From Candidatus Multivoradales bacterium (GTDB lineage Bacteria > Acidobacteriota > Thermoanaerobaculia > Multivoradales > Multivoraceae), in NCBI GenBank assembly GCA_965223325.1, contig CBDCWI010000002.1, positions 3,776,001-3,840,000 of the forward strand: DNA of 64,000 nucleotides, written 5' to 3'. A program made the translations under genes and the position numbers. The notes beneath the pieces are model-generated. The model did no database searches and was not told the DNA's origin. It saw only the letters and a program-made list of their open reading frames with translations. Shown here piece by piece: positions 29,684 to 38,896 of this stretch (positions are counted from its first letter, which is position 1; each line of letters starts with the position of its first letter).

Positions 29684-30307
29684 CTAGCCCTCGGTGGTCC
29701 GGGCGCGTTCAAGAAGCGCTCGCCACCCGTCGGCTTGTTCTCTGAGCGTCGCATCCGGTCCGACCGCGCGCAGATACCAGGGCCCACCTGCGCCCTCGAT
29801 CACCGCACCGTAGAGCGTGTAGCCCGGAAGGTCCTCAGTCGGAAACGAGCCGATGCCGCTCTTCTTGAGCGTGCCCGAAGTCGCCACCGTGTGGACCTCA
29901 ATGCCCTGGCCACCGAAACGATCGCGCGCCGGTTCACTACCCCCGGCGATCTGCCCGACCCAGCGCCCCAAGTTGGCGTCGACTCCCCCGCCGCCGCCAA
30001 CGCCGAAGTGAAAGAGCGCCACCCGCCCAGGCCCACCGGAGCCAGGAATGCTCAGCTGGGCGAGCCGCATGGCGGAGTCGGGCTCGACCGAAGACCAGCC
30101 CTCCGGGAGCTCGAGCCTGAGACCGGCAGCTTCGATGAATCGGCCCTCAGAATCAGCCGCCGCTTCAGGAGGCGGAGTTGCAGCCGCCACCGGCGGATTG
30201 GTTACAGCGTCGGACGACGGTTCAGCAACCGGCTCGAGGTCTGAGCAGCCGAAGCTGGCGACCAGGAGCGGCGCGATGAGGAAGGTCTGGATCGTGGGGG
30301 CTTTCAT
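29684..30307 (-). CDS. Hypothetical lipoprotein
   Basis: Lipobox-like SFGC; GGGGGVDANLGRWVGQ...GGPWYLRAVGP. Confidence 0.7.
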   Translation of the reverse strand: MKAPTIQTFLIAPLLVASFGCSDLEPVAEPSSDAVTNPPVAAATPPPEAAADSEGRFIEAAGLRLELPEGWSSVEPDSAMRLAQLSIPGSGGPGRVALFHFGVGGGGGVDANLGRWVGQIAGGSEPARDRFGGQGIEVHTVATSGTLKKSGIGSFPTEDLPGYTLYGAVIEGAGGPWYLRAVGPDATLREQADGWRALLERARTTEG

Positions 30308-30466
30308 TTCGGGGCATGTTCCCACACTGTCAGCGCCACGGTTGGCTTCGCGACCGTTCGCTGCGGGCAGGTTGAGCCAGCCCGTATTTTGAAGACACCG
30401 AGAAAGGCCTGAAAACGGCGAGTGTTTGTTCGATGCCGAGACGACGAAGGAAGTTCGACCGGGGAG

Positions 30467-30967
30467 TACCTGAGCGTTACCGCCGCAGGTGGTAGGTCGA
30501 CGACCGGTAGTTCAAGCTCACCCGCATCCGGGTTTCCGAAGAAGTGTTGGCGGCGGGTAGTCCGGCCGCAGGCCGAATGGCGCAAGCGCATGGGAATCGT
30601 TACCTGAGCGTTACCGCCGCAGGCGGTACGGCGACGACCGTTAGTTCAAGGTCATCCGCATCCGGGTTTCCGAAGAAGTGTAGGCGGCGGGTAGTCCGGC
30701 CGCAGGCCGAATGGCGGAAGCGCATGGGAATCGTTACCTGAGCGTTACCGCCGCAGGCGGTACGGCGACGACCGTTAGTTCAAGGTCATCCGCATCCGGG
30801 TTTCCGAAGAAGTGTAGGCGGCGGGTAGTCCGGCCGAAGGCCGAATGGCGGAAGCGCATGGGAATCGTTACCTGAGCGTCACCGCCGCAGGCGGTAAGGC
30901 GACGACCGGATTCCCAAGCGCATCCGCATCCGGCCGAAGGCCGAATGGCGGAAGCGCATGGGAATCG
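30467..30967 (-). repeat. 134-bp tandem repeats downstream of tRNA-Sec, each carrying the 22-nt tRNA 3' end
   Basis: TGGCGGAAGCGCATGGGAATCG at 30578 (1 mismatch), 30712, 30846 and 30946 (the tRNA itself); spacing 134, 134, 100. Confidence 0.92.
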
Positions 30968-31045
30968 AACCCACCCACGACAAAGCATCCCCTGCCGCAC
31001 TACGGTTTTGAAGACCGCGGGAGGCACCAGCCCCCGAGCGCTTCC
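30946..31045 (-). tRNA. selC: tRNA-Sec(UCA)
   Basis: Minus strand GGAAGCGC...GCGGT-CTTCAAA-ACCGT, long variable arm, GGTTCGATTCCC...GCGCTTCCGCCA; 8-bp acceptor stem; 100 nt. Confidence 0.93.
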
Positions 31046-31230
31046 TTACAGTCGAACCCGAAACGGTACCACCAGGACGGCCGATCGGTCTGACGCCGCG
31101 ACTGAAAAGAAAAACCGCCAGCTTGCGTCTCCTACCTGTGGAGGAGGAGTTGGACACCCGTTGCCACCACCTTCGTGGAGCACTGCGACGCGGTGTCGCG
31201 CCCTCCACTCACCGAAAAGGGAGACAGCAG

Positions 31231-32214
31231 ATGAAAACACAGGGCCGAGTGCCTTCGCCCTTCCTCGAGAAGATGAGGCGTGAGATCCGCGTGCGCCAGC
31301 TCAGCTACGCCACCGAGAAGACGTACCTAACCTGGACGAAGCGATACATCCTCTACCACCAGAAGCGCCATCCCGGGGAAATGGGCGCCAACGAAGTCGC
31401 CGAGTTCCTGACCCATCTCGCCGCTGACCGGAGGGTCGCAAAGGCCACACAGAACCAGGCACTCAACGCGCTCGTCTTCCTCTACCGCTACGTTGTCAAG
31501 GCCCCGCTCGCCAATATCGATGCGCTGAGGTCTCGCAAGCCTCGAAACCTGCCAGTCGTTCTGACTCGCGGCGAAGTGGCGCTGGTCCTGGCGGGAATGC
31601 AGGGCGCACCCAAGCTGGTAGCCAGCTTGCTGTACGGGAGCGGCCTCCGTCTTACCGAGGCGCTACGACTGCGCATCAAGGACATCGATTCCGAGCGCCG
31701 CATCGTCACCGTACGCCGAGGCAAGGGCGACACCGACCGCGTTACCCTGCTTCCCGAGAGCCTCCTTCCCGCCCTCCAGGAGCAGATCCAACGCAGTCGA
31801 GACGAGTACAGAAACGCCAGCAACGGCGACGGTGTCTCGCTGCCCGCCGCTCTGGCCGACAAGTATCCAAACGCAGCCAAGGAGTGGCCCTGGTACTGGC
31901 TCTTCCCTTCAACCAAACTCGCCCGAGACCCCCGGAGCGGGCGAACCCTTCGGCACCACCTGAGCACCAGCGCCATCCAGAAGGCCGTTCGACGAGCGGT
32001 AAGAGCTTCCGGCATCTCAAAGCGCGCAAGCTGCCACACCTTCCGACACTCCTTCGCCACCCATCTACTGGAGAGCGGCTACGACATCCGCACCATCCAA
32101 GAGCTACTCGGCCACCGCAGCGTCAAGACAACCATGATCTACACCCACGTCCTGAACCGCGGCGGCCTCCCCGTCAGGAGCCCCCTCGACCTGATCCCCA
32201 CGCAATCTGAGTAG
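31231..32214 (+). CDS. intI: Integron integrase (tyrosine recombinase)
   Basis: [23 protein letters not shown], integron-specific insert [24 protein letters not shown]...[18 protein letters not shown]...TMIY. Confidence 0.97.
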   Translation: MKTQGRVPSPFLEKMRREIRVRQLSYATEKTYLTWTKRYILYHQKRHPGEMGANEVAEFLTHLAADRRVAKATQNQALNALVFLYRYVVKAPLANIDALRSRKPRNLPVVLTRGEVALVLAGMQGAPKLVASLLYGSGLRLTEALRLRIKDIDSERRIVTVRRGKGDTDRVTLLPESLLPALQEQIQRSRDEYRNASNGDGVSLPAALADKYPNAAKEWPWYWLFPSTKLARDPRSGRTLRHHLSTSAIQKAVRRAVRASGISKRASCHTFRHSFATHLLESGYDIRTIQELLGHRSVKTTMIYTHVLNRGGLPVRSPLDLIPTQSE

Positions 32215-32494
32215 GGTTACACGGAACCCGTGTTCCCCATTCGCCCGATCACCCAATCAACAAAACGCCCAGAATCCCGTACCTTGCAGATTGGCTCGCT
32301 CGAACAACACGGCACCCAAGTTCCACCTTTCAGACCTCCGCAGAGCAAAGGCCGACGAGATCGTCCACATTCCGAACATAGTGATTCTCAAACTCCGGCT
32401 CCGAAGTGCAGTGCCTGCGGGTTCCCAATGGATCTGCGCGAGTTTCCAGCGGTACAATTATGTGGACACGAGCGGCGGTGTTCGCTGTTTTCGT

Positions 32495-32517
32495 TCCATT
32501 GAATAACACTGTTGGGC
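32495..32517 (+). other. Putative attI site (crossover G/TTGGGC at 32511)
   Basis: TTGAATAACACT-GTTGGGC. Identity with the duplicate of cassette 1 begins exactly at this GTT, and no attC hairpin precedes it. Confidence 0.75.
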
Positions 32518-32964
32518 GGCGACCCGGGGCAGGGACAGTTGACTGAGAAGGAACAGCTTGCCACCTTCGTCGTGGTTGTAGCGGAGTTCATGGAACGGCA
32601 AGCGCCGATCCCAGCCGAGCTAAGCATGGCCGAACACATGCGGCAACTCGATCCATGCAAAACACCGCTCGCCGGCTGGCGAGACGCTTCTCGCGACATG
32701 GTCGAGTGGGCAGTCGACCTCACGCCCGCCGAGGTGTTCGAAGTTGACGCGCTCTTGAGCGCTCGGAACGTACCCACTCTGACCGCCATGAGAAATCGGC
32801 GCTACCGTTCGCTGTTGAAGGTCCTGGCCCGTGGGGTGAAATCTGCCGGCGACTACCGCCTCTTAGAGGCCTTCCTCGCTGACACCGCCGATACAATTCT
32901 GAGCGTCAAAGAACGAACACTTGCCGGGAGACGCGTTGAAGAGTACGACGCCAAGAACACCTGA
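32512..32964 (+). CDS. Cassette 1 hypothetical protein
   Basis: ORF fills the cassette; identical copy at 39572-40024. Confidence 0.75.
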   Translation: MGGDPGQGQLTEKEQLATFVVVVAEFMERQAPIPAELSMAEHMRQLDPCKTPLAGWRDASRDMVEWAVDLTPAEVFEVDALLSARNVPTLTAMRNRRYRSLLKVLARGVKSAGDYRLLEAFLADTADTILSVKERTLAGRRVEEYDAKNT

Positions 32965-32969
32965 GCGCC

Positions 32970-33056
32970 GCCCAACAAACCGCATGCACGTGGACGCAAA
33001 CCCCGGGCTCGCTGCGCTCGCTCGGGCTTCACGCCAGTGATGCTTGTCCGTTCGGC
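32970..33056 (+). other. attC site 1
   Basis: GCCCAAC...GTTCGGC. Confidence 0.9.
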
Positions 33057-33067
33057 GGACTAACGCA

Positions 33068-33700
33068 GTGTCAAGAGGCGAAAGATGGCGAGCGTTTGGA
33101 TACGCACTCCGCTCATCATTGACGGCAAGAGTCGGACTCGTTCTCTTCGTCGTCGGCCTAGTTGTGGCGAAAGCCATCCCGCTCATCTTCGCTGGCGAAT
33201 CTTTCGAAGCTCAGCTGATAGCTGGCGGTGGATGGACGGCCGTGGCGTTCGGCGCGATGCTCATGTTGTTGTCTCTCTCGAGGGCGGATCGGGAGCACCT
33301 GCCGCCGGTCGTCGACCCTCTGAAACCTCGGCCACTGGTGTGGGCAGTACCAGCCCTAGCACTCTTGGTCGCCAACTTGGGCCTCGGTTTTGCGGCGGGT
33401 CCTGGTTCCATCGACACGTCCATCGGGGAGCACCTTCTCTTCCCCTTGCTAGCCGGCGGGTTCTTCGCGATCCCGAAGAGCCCCTATCGCTGGGTTAGGT
33501 TCTGGAAGGTCATCGCGATCATCTCCCTCCTGGCACTACCCCGAAGCCTGACTAGCATGCGCCAGCCGAGCGAGGCCGGGTTTCACCTACCCGCCGCCGA
33601 ACAACAGCATCGAGCCGACGTGAACCCGCAGCCGCTTCGCGTCTTCGGCTTCCCGCGGCTCATGCAAGTCCGTTGTACTGCGCAGGCACCGCCTGGGTAG
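33068..33700 (+). CDS. Cassette 2 hypothetical multi-TM protein (ORF reads through attC)
   Basis: About five hydrophobic segments; start uncertain. Confidence 0.6.
   Translation: MSRGERWRAFGYALRSSLTARVGLVLFVVGLVVAKAIPLIFAGESFEAQLIAGGGWTAVAFGAMLMLLSLSRADREHLPPVVDPLKPRPLVWAVPALALLVANLGLGFAAGPGSIDTSIGEHLLFPLLAGGFFAIPKSPYRWVRFWKVIAIISLLALPRSLTSMRQPSEAGFHLPAAEQQHRADVNPQPLRVFGFPRLMQVRCTAQAPPG
33596..33678 (+). other. attC site 2
   Basis: GCCGAAC...GTTGTAC. Confidence 0.9.
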
Positions 33701-34053
33701 CGGGCAGGGCGTCGCGAGCTCAGAACGTCACGAGATCGTCGCAGCCGGTTCTGCCGGGCCGTTCGCTTGTGCCGGCCGCGACGTTCCCGCGGGAACGTCC
33801 CAGCGTTGCCCACCGCCCTGCGGTGCAGCTCGGCCGCTCCGGCGTGCTCGTCGGTCAGGGCCAGGCGGGCACCGTGTTCTTCTCGCAGTCGCTCGGCGGT
33901 GCAAGAATGGGGCGGAACCTGCGCCGTGCAGCTCTCGTCTCTCACCCAGTCGGCGCTACGAAGGCCGGGTCGTTTCGTGGCTCGAGCCTTCTCGTTGAAG
34001 AACGCCGCGAGGATCGAAAGCTAACGTCAGCCATGGCATCCGAAGAGAGCGCA
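33672..34053. other. Cassette 3, no convincing protein-coding gene
   Basis: Only low-complexity Arg/Ala/Ser-rich ORFs; perfect 20-bp palindrome at 33780-33799. Confidence 0.5.
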
Positions 34054-34136
34054 GTACAACAACCCGGTCGAGCTGACGAGAACCTGCGTTCGCTTCGCTC
34101 ACTACGGTTCTCGCAGCTCACCGTTGTCCGTTCGGC
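34054..34136 (+). other. attC site 3
   Basis: GTACAAC...GTTCGGC. Confidence 0.9.
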
Positions 34137-34139
34137 GGC

Positions 34140-34610
34140 ATGAATACAGTTCTCGCAGTCTGGCTGGTTCTATGCCATGGACTGGTCGCGCCAGCGAGCG
34201 TAGTCCAAGAGGCAACAGACGGCGTCGAAATATACGTTCGCGATGCCCAAGAAGTAGCGATTGAGGGAGTTACGGTCGAGCTTTGGCATCGTCTGGATGC
34301 AGGCTCGGAGTGGTCGCGGGCGCAGGTGCGTTTCACGAACCACCTTGGCTGGGTCTATGTCGACCTGAAAGGCGACGGGGAGTACCGCATTGAGCTCCAA
34401 CTCGACGGTTATATGAACGCTAGGCTTGGGCCGTTCCGAATCTCAAGGTCGGAGTCGATTCCTTCGAAACTCGAGGCTGTTATGAACATCACGATCCAAG
34501 CGAGGCAAACCGTGCCGCCGAACAATCGGAATGCACAAGGACGCCAACCTGTGCTCGCTTCGCTCGCGGCGGTTGGCGCCTGTGATTCCGGGTGCCGTTG
34601 TGCAGCCTAA
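34140..34610 (+). CDS. Cassette 4 secreted carboxypeptidase-regulatory-like (prealbumin fold) protein
   Basis: Signal peptide; VRDAQEVAIEGVTVEL...TNHLG...GEYRIELQLDGY; reads through attC. Confidence 0.65.
   Translation: MNTVLAVWLVLCHGLVAPASVVQEATDGVEIYVRDAQEVAIEGVTVELWHRLDAGSEWSRAQVRFTNHLGWVYVDLKGDGEYRIELQLDGYMNARLGPFRISRSESIPSKLEAVMNITIQARQTVPPNNRNAQGRQPVLASLAAVGACDSGCRCAA
34517..34603 (+). other. attC site 4
   Basis: GCCGAAC...GTTGTGC. Confidence 0.9.
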
Positions 34611-35220
34611 GGGTCTCATGGTCGTGCTTCTCGCTTCGTCCGCGGTTGCTGGCACCTCTGGCAATTGGCGTTTCGACGCGGGGTTGGAGGAGTGGCACTG
34701 CGAGGCCGGGTTCTGTCATTGGGATCCGGCAGGCGTTGACGCTAACGGTGGCGCACTGCTGATCCAGCCGTTCATCGACCCACACTTGGCTACGGCGGTT
34801 GGGAGCGCGTTATCACCCTGCGTGGATCTGGCAGATGGCGTACCGCGCGCCGCCTTCTCGTCCATGATTGATGCACGCCTCGGCAACGGCCGTGCCGAAA
34901 TCGGAGTGCTCTTCTTTGAAGACCGAGCATGCGGCAACCTCCTTGGCCATCACGTCAGCAATGTCGATACTGTTATCGGCTGGACCACACATTCAGGCAC
35001 GACTTCTATTCAGAACGGAGCTGCCTCCGCCCGGCTTCGGATTCACTTCGAAACAACTGACCTCGATTCTCTGGTAAAGGTAGATTCGGCATCACTGTCG
35101 GCAGCGCTACTAGTTCCGACGCTCGATGTGCTCGGTGGCGGCGTGCTGTTACTGATTCTCGGATGGGTCGCCTCGAAGCGCGTGCGGCGGCTGCACAACA
35201 ACCCGGTCAACTCGACATGA
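34600..35220 (+). CDS. Cassette 5 secreted Cys-containing protein with IPTL-CTERM-like sorting tail
   Basis: Signal peptide; C-terminal VPTLDVLG-hydrophobic-KRVRR. Confidence 0.65.
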   Translation: MQPKGLMVVLLASSAVAGTSGNWRFDAGLEEWHCEAGFCHWDPAGVDANGGALLIQPFIDPHLATAVGSALSPCVDLADGVPRAAFSSMIDARLGNGRAEIGVLFFEDRACGNLLGHHVSNVDTVIGWTTHSGTTSIQNGAASARLRIHFETTDLDSLVKVDSASLSAALLVPTLDVLGGGVLLLILGWVASKRVRRLHNNPVNST

Positions 35221-35275
35221 ACCCGCGTCCGCTTCGCTCCCGCGTGCCCATGCGAGTTACCGTCGTCCGTTGGGC
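35193..35275 (+). other. attC site 5
   Basis: GCACAAC...GTTGGGC. Confidence 0.9.
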
Positions 35276-35857
35276 GCCTTTGCCGTGATCGCCGGTACTG
35301 ATCGAATTCTTCGGTACAACGAGTGGCAAGTCTTTGCGGTCTTGGCCACGACGGCTCTTCTTGCGTTCGGCCTTGTGGCCGCATCCGTTCCTTTCGGCAG
35401 TCGCGTACCTGCCGAGGTCGCTGGTCTCTCGTTCGCTGCCTTCGAGCTTGCGTACTTTGGCTGGCTCCTGTGCATCGGTACGTCAATGTGGGCACGGGTC
35501 CGACCGGCCTCTCCAATGCGGTTCCCATTCCTCGCTGGTCTTCTTCTCGCAGCGGTCCTGTATGTTGCGTTTGCGGTGCCCATCCTTCTTCAGGGCTCTG
35601 AGGTGGCGTTCACAGCACTCTTGGCGGTCCTCCATGTTGGCGCCATGGCTCTCAACTTCTATCTTCTTTGGTACGCGAGTCGTGGCCTCGCCTCGGCGGA
35701 GGTTGGCGAGGTGGCGTCGCTCGATCACACCATCGGGCTGTTCGTGGCGCTGTGGCTCACTGCTTTCCTTCCCGCGGGCGCTTGGTGGGCTCACAAGCGA
35801 GCCCGCCAGGTGGCCGGCATAGGTGCGGCGCCCAACACACAGGTCGAGCTGACGTGA
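35270..35857 (+). CDS. Cassette 6 hypothetical multi-TM protein
   Basis: About five TM segments. Confidence 0.6.
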   Translation: MGAFAVIAGTDRILRYNEWQVFAVLATTALLAFGLVAASVPFGSRVPAEVAGLSFAAFELAYFGWLLCIGTSMWARVRPASPMRFPFLAGLLLAAVLYVAFAVPILLQGSEVAFTALLAVLHVGAMALNFYLLWYASRGLASAEVGEVASLDHTIGLFVALWLTAFLPAGAWWAHKRARQVAGIGAAPNTQVELT

Positions 35858-36096
35858 ACCCGTGCTCGCTTCGCTCGCCGGCGACCAGTTTCTGCTGAGG
35901 CAAGGTCGCGTCTTGCGTCTGTTTGCTGAGTCAGGAGAGGTTGAAGATCTCGCTGAATCTTGGGATCGTTCTTGAAGAGCGCGGCGGAAGATCCTCTTGC
36001 CTTGTGCTGCGTTCTGGAGAACGTCATGAAGAGACGAATCGCCTATCGAAACCGAAGCCGGCCAGCTAACAACTGGGTCAACTCCGTCCGTTGTGC
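35830..36096 (+). other. Disrupted attC 6, intervening scar and internally deleted attC (36064-36096)
   Basis: Left arm only at 35830-35878; 45-bp duplication at 36002-36046 = 36091-36135. Confidence 0.7.
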
Positions 36097-36114
36097 TGCG
36101 TTCTGGAGAACGTC

Positions 36115-36555
36115 ATGAAGAGACGAATCGCCTATTCCGCCGTTGTCTTTCTAGCGGGAGCGGTAGTGGGAGGAGCCGCGGCCGGCTACTACGCCTACCG
36201 GAGCTTCCAGAACCTCTTCGCTCACATGTACACGGTGGGAGTGACCGGCCAGGTCTTCATGGCCGGCGAGATTCGTGCTGGCCGAACTGACGGCCTCGTG
36301 GAACATTTCGAGGCGTCCATCCCGGATTATGCCCGAGGTGTCCAGATGTTTTCAGAATCGGATCAAACGCTCTGGGCGCTCTCCTCGCTCAAGGAGTACA
36401 GCCTTCGGAACAAGCTTCCATTGCCCACCGAACTGGAGGACGTCGAAGTGATCCCGGGATCATGTGACGTCCCCGAACGCCACGCAGCACAACAACCAGC
36501 TTCACAACGACCGGAACCCTCAGCCGCTTCGCGGCCTCCGGGTTCCGGCGTGTGA
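36115..36555 (+). CDS. Cassette 7 hypothetical membrane-anchored protein
   Basis: RBS GGAG, N-terminal TM, ends inside attC. Confidence 0.7.
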   Translation: MKRRIAYSAVVFLAGAVVGGAAAGYYAYRSFQNLFAHMYTVGVTGQVFMAGEIRAGRTDGLVEHFEASIPDYARGVQMFSESDQTLWALSSLKEYSLRNKLPLPTELEDVEVIPGSCDVPERHAAQQPASQRPEPSAASRPPGSGV

Positions 36556-36571
36556 GCTTCGTCCGTTAGGT
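36487..36571 (+). other. attC site 7
   Basis: GCACAAC...GTTAGGT. Confidence 0.9.
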
Positions 36572-36576
36572 GCCTC

Positions 36577-37071
36577 GTGTCTCGACTATCAAAGGGCTCG
36601 ACTTCAGATCCGTCGGTTCGAAGAGCTTCGAAGAAGGACATCAAGGCGCTCGTCGAGCTAATGTCCGCCTTCTATGCAGAGTCTAATTTCCGTCTCGACG
36701 TCGACTGGGCCGAGGCCGCCTTTAGGAGGTTGTTCGAAGACGCTGCGCTTGGCTGCGTCTGGATCGCCGAACGAAGCGAGACACCCGTCGGGCATGTCGT
36801 ACTGACTCTCCGCTATGCCATGGAGCATGGTGCGCTCTGTGGCCACATCGACGACTTGTACGTCAAGCCGGAGTCTCGTCGTCAAGGCGTTGCTCGAACA
36901 CTGGTGAGTGAGTTAGTCCGTGAGTGCGAGAAGAGGAACTGCAAGGCACTCTTCGTCGAAGTCGGTGAGGAGAACACACCAGCTCTTCGTCTATACCGCG
37001 AGTTCGGTATCGTGCCCTTCGAAGACGGTCGAACACTCCTTGCCGGTGGGATTCGCTGTGCCGGCACCTAA
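36577..37071 (+). CDS. Cassette 8 GNAT acetyltransferase
   Basis: IDDLYVKPESRRQGVA motif A, ENTPALRLY; stop TAA lies in R''. Confidence 0.9.
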   Translation: MSRLSKGSTSDPSVRRASKKDIKALVELMSAFYAESNFRLDVDWAEAAFRRLFEDAALGCVWIAERSETPVGHVVLTLRYAMEHGALCGHIDDLYVKPESRRQGVARTLVSELVRECEKRNCKALFVEVGEENTPALRLYREFGIVPFEDGRTLLAGGIRCAGT

Positions 37072-37150
37072 CAACCGCATGCAGCCCGACTCGTACCCGT
37101 GCTCGCTGCGCTCGCTCGGGTACGAGCGGCTGATGCTCGTTCCGTTCGGC
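37066..37150 (+). other. attC site 8
   Basis: ACCTAAC...GTTCGGC. Confidence 0.9.
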
Positions 37151-37193
37151 GGCCTGTAGGCCAATTCTGTAGCGAGGTAGGGATGAACGGATC

Positions 37194-37808
37194 TTGATTG
37201 CGCGCCGTCGTCGCGCGTTGGTGTTCGTTTCGGTGGGGACCGTGCTTGTGTTGGCCGCCGCTGCGATCCTCTACTGGGCATTCTGGCAGTGGCGCTTTAG
37301 CGAACTTGTAGAGGCACGTGATCTGGCCGCTGCGCTTGGGACGGAAGATGGCGAGAGGTTCTGGAGAGAGGTGGTGCGGGACGAACTAGAATTTCCACCA
37401 TGGGTGGAAACTCGCCACGATGCGATCGAACACCTTCTCACTAACGTTGCGAACGGCTGGCCAGCGGGCTTCGACTCGGAGCTCTACTGGCTCGCCGTTC
37501 ACTTCCTCGCCATCGACTGCGCAAAGTCACGCCACTATCTCGATGAGTACATTGAAAGAAGTCCAGACGGTCCCGGAGGGCTCCGTACTGAAGATGCGGT
37601 ACTCCTTAGGGCCACAATCGAACGTCAGGGCTGCGCCGCCGCGAGTCGGAAACTCGAACGCACAGGTGGGAGCCTGCGCGCCGTGAACGGGACAGCCACC
37701 GCGAGGTCGGCCGTCGAACAATCGGCTGCACTGGACGCAAACCCGCGCTCGCTTCACTCGCCCGGGTTCGCGCCAGTGAGCCTTGTCCGTTCGACGGCTA
37801 GCGAGTGA
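37194..37808 (+). CDS. Cassette 9 hypothetical membrane-anchored protein
   Basis: N-terminal RRRR plus TM; reads through attC. Confidence 0.6.
   Translation: MIARRRRALVFVSVGTVLVLAAAAILYWAFWQWRFSELVEARDLAAALGTEDGERFWREVVRDELEFPPWVETRHDAIEHLLTNVANGWPAGFDSELYWLAVHFLAIDCAKSRHYLDEYIERSPDGPGGLRTEDAVLLRATIERQGCAAASRKLERTGGSLRAVNGTATARSAVEQSAALDANPRSLHSPGFAPVSLVRSTASE
37713..37795 (+). other. attC site 9
   Basis: GTCGAAC...GTTCGAC. Confidence 0.9.
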
Positions 37809-38293
37809 CACGTCACGAGATAGAAGCAGCACTCCAGCGACTCGGGCTGGAAGGCCACGTGACCGAGTCGACCGAGGGATCGGTGAGCCACTTCTCGCTT
37901 CCCGTTCCAGCCGGCGCCGAGTTCTCGATTGTCTGCTCCGTTGACGAAGACGGCGAGCCGCAGGTCGGAGCGAACCTTCTCGCTGCCCCTCAGGGAACGT
38001 ACTTCTGGTACTGCCCGCTCGAGAATTCGGATTTCGAGTCAGAGGAGGCGCGAGCGCACGAACTTGAGCGGGTCGTCGCGGCCTTCGTCGAGCACCCGAC
38101 GACTATCGTTCAGCGGAAAGGCCTACTCTTCTGGCACTTCACCGCCGTCGCGAACTCACCGGATGGGAATGTCGAGTTTCAAGGCGCTTCGTGCCTTAGG
38201 CCAGCGTTTCAAGTACCCTCGATTCGTGGAAAGGAAAAGCGCTACGAGTCTCCAGCAATCGCACCACGCCGTCGAACAATCGGGTCGAGCTGA
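37805..38293 (+). CDS. Cassette 10 hypothetical protein
   Basis: ORF fills the cassette with globular composition. Confidence 0.7.
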   Translation: MTRHEIEAALQRLGLEGHVTESTEGSVSHFSLPVPAGAEFSIVCSVDEDGEPQVGANLLAAPQGTYFWYCPLENSDFESEEARAHELERVVAAFVEHPTTIVQRKGLLFWHFTAVANSPDGNVEFQGASCLRPAFQVPSIRGKEKRYESPAIAPRRRTIGSS

Positions 38294-38353
38294 CGTGAAC
38301 CCGCGCTCGCTTCGCTCGCTCGGGTTCCCGCAGCTCACCCTTGTCCGTTAGAC
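38271..38353 (+). other. attC site 10
   Basis: GTCGAAC...GTTAGAC. Confidence 0.9.
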
Positions 38354-38365
38354 GACTCTGCGAGC

Positions 38366-38818
38366 ATGGAGCATTCTCCCTACAACGATGAGTGGGCAAC
38401 CTGCGCGAAGACCTTCGCGACTCTTCGGATCTACTCAGCGGAAGCGAGCCCGGAAGAGGTCACTCGCCTTCTCAACGTGCGACCGACAACAACCCGGAGA
38501 AGGGGCGAACTACGCGGTGACTTCAAGCTCCCACACAACTGCTGGCTCCTATGCTCCGACGGCTTCGTCGAGTCGAAGGATGTGCGCCGCCACATCGACT
38601 GGGTTCTCGACCGGATCGAGCCCGCATCATCGGCGCTTGCTTCTCTCGTGAACTCCGGTGCTCGAGCGGACGTCTCCTGCTACTGGCATTCAAAGTCAAA
38701 CCAAGGCGGCCCAACGATCTCTCCTCGGCAAGCACGCAGGCTTGCTGAGCTTGAACTCGAATGTGGGTTCGACATCTACCCTGCCGATGATGATGAAGTC
38801 ATCGAGATCGTCGTCTAA
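38366..38818 (+). CDS. Cassette 11 DUF4279-like protein
   Basis: ATLRIY...PEEVTRLLNVRPT...W...HIDWVLD...RLAELELECGFDIY. Confidence 0.75.
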   Translation: MEHSPYNDEWATCAKTFATLRIYSAEASPEEVTRLLNVRPTTTRRRGELRGDFKLPHNCWLLCSDGFVESKDVRRHIDWVLDRIEPASSALASLVNSGARADVSCYWHSKSNQGGPTISPRQARRLAELELECGFDIYPADDDEVIEIVV

Positions 38819-38896
38819 CCAAGAGATGGAGCGGACAAGAACCCGTAGTCGCTACGCTCCTTCGGGTTCCCGCCGCTCATCTCAGGTCCGTTGTGT
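38813..38896 (+). other. attC site 11
   Basis: GTCTAAC...GTTGTGT. Confidence 0.9.

Noticed and set aside
30467-30945. Additional tRNA genes or a CRISPR in the selC-linked repeats
   Set aside because: Only the last 22 nt of the tRNA recur, with no anticodon or D arm, and the intervening sequence is repeated rather than unique.
31046-31230. LexA/SOS box upstream of intI
   Set aside because: No convincing match to LexA motifs I know.
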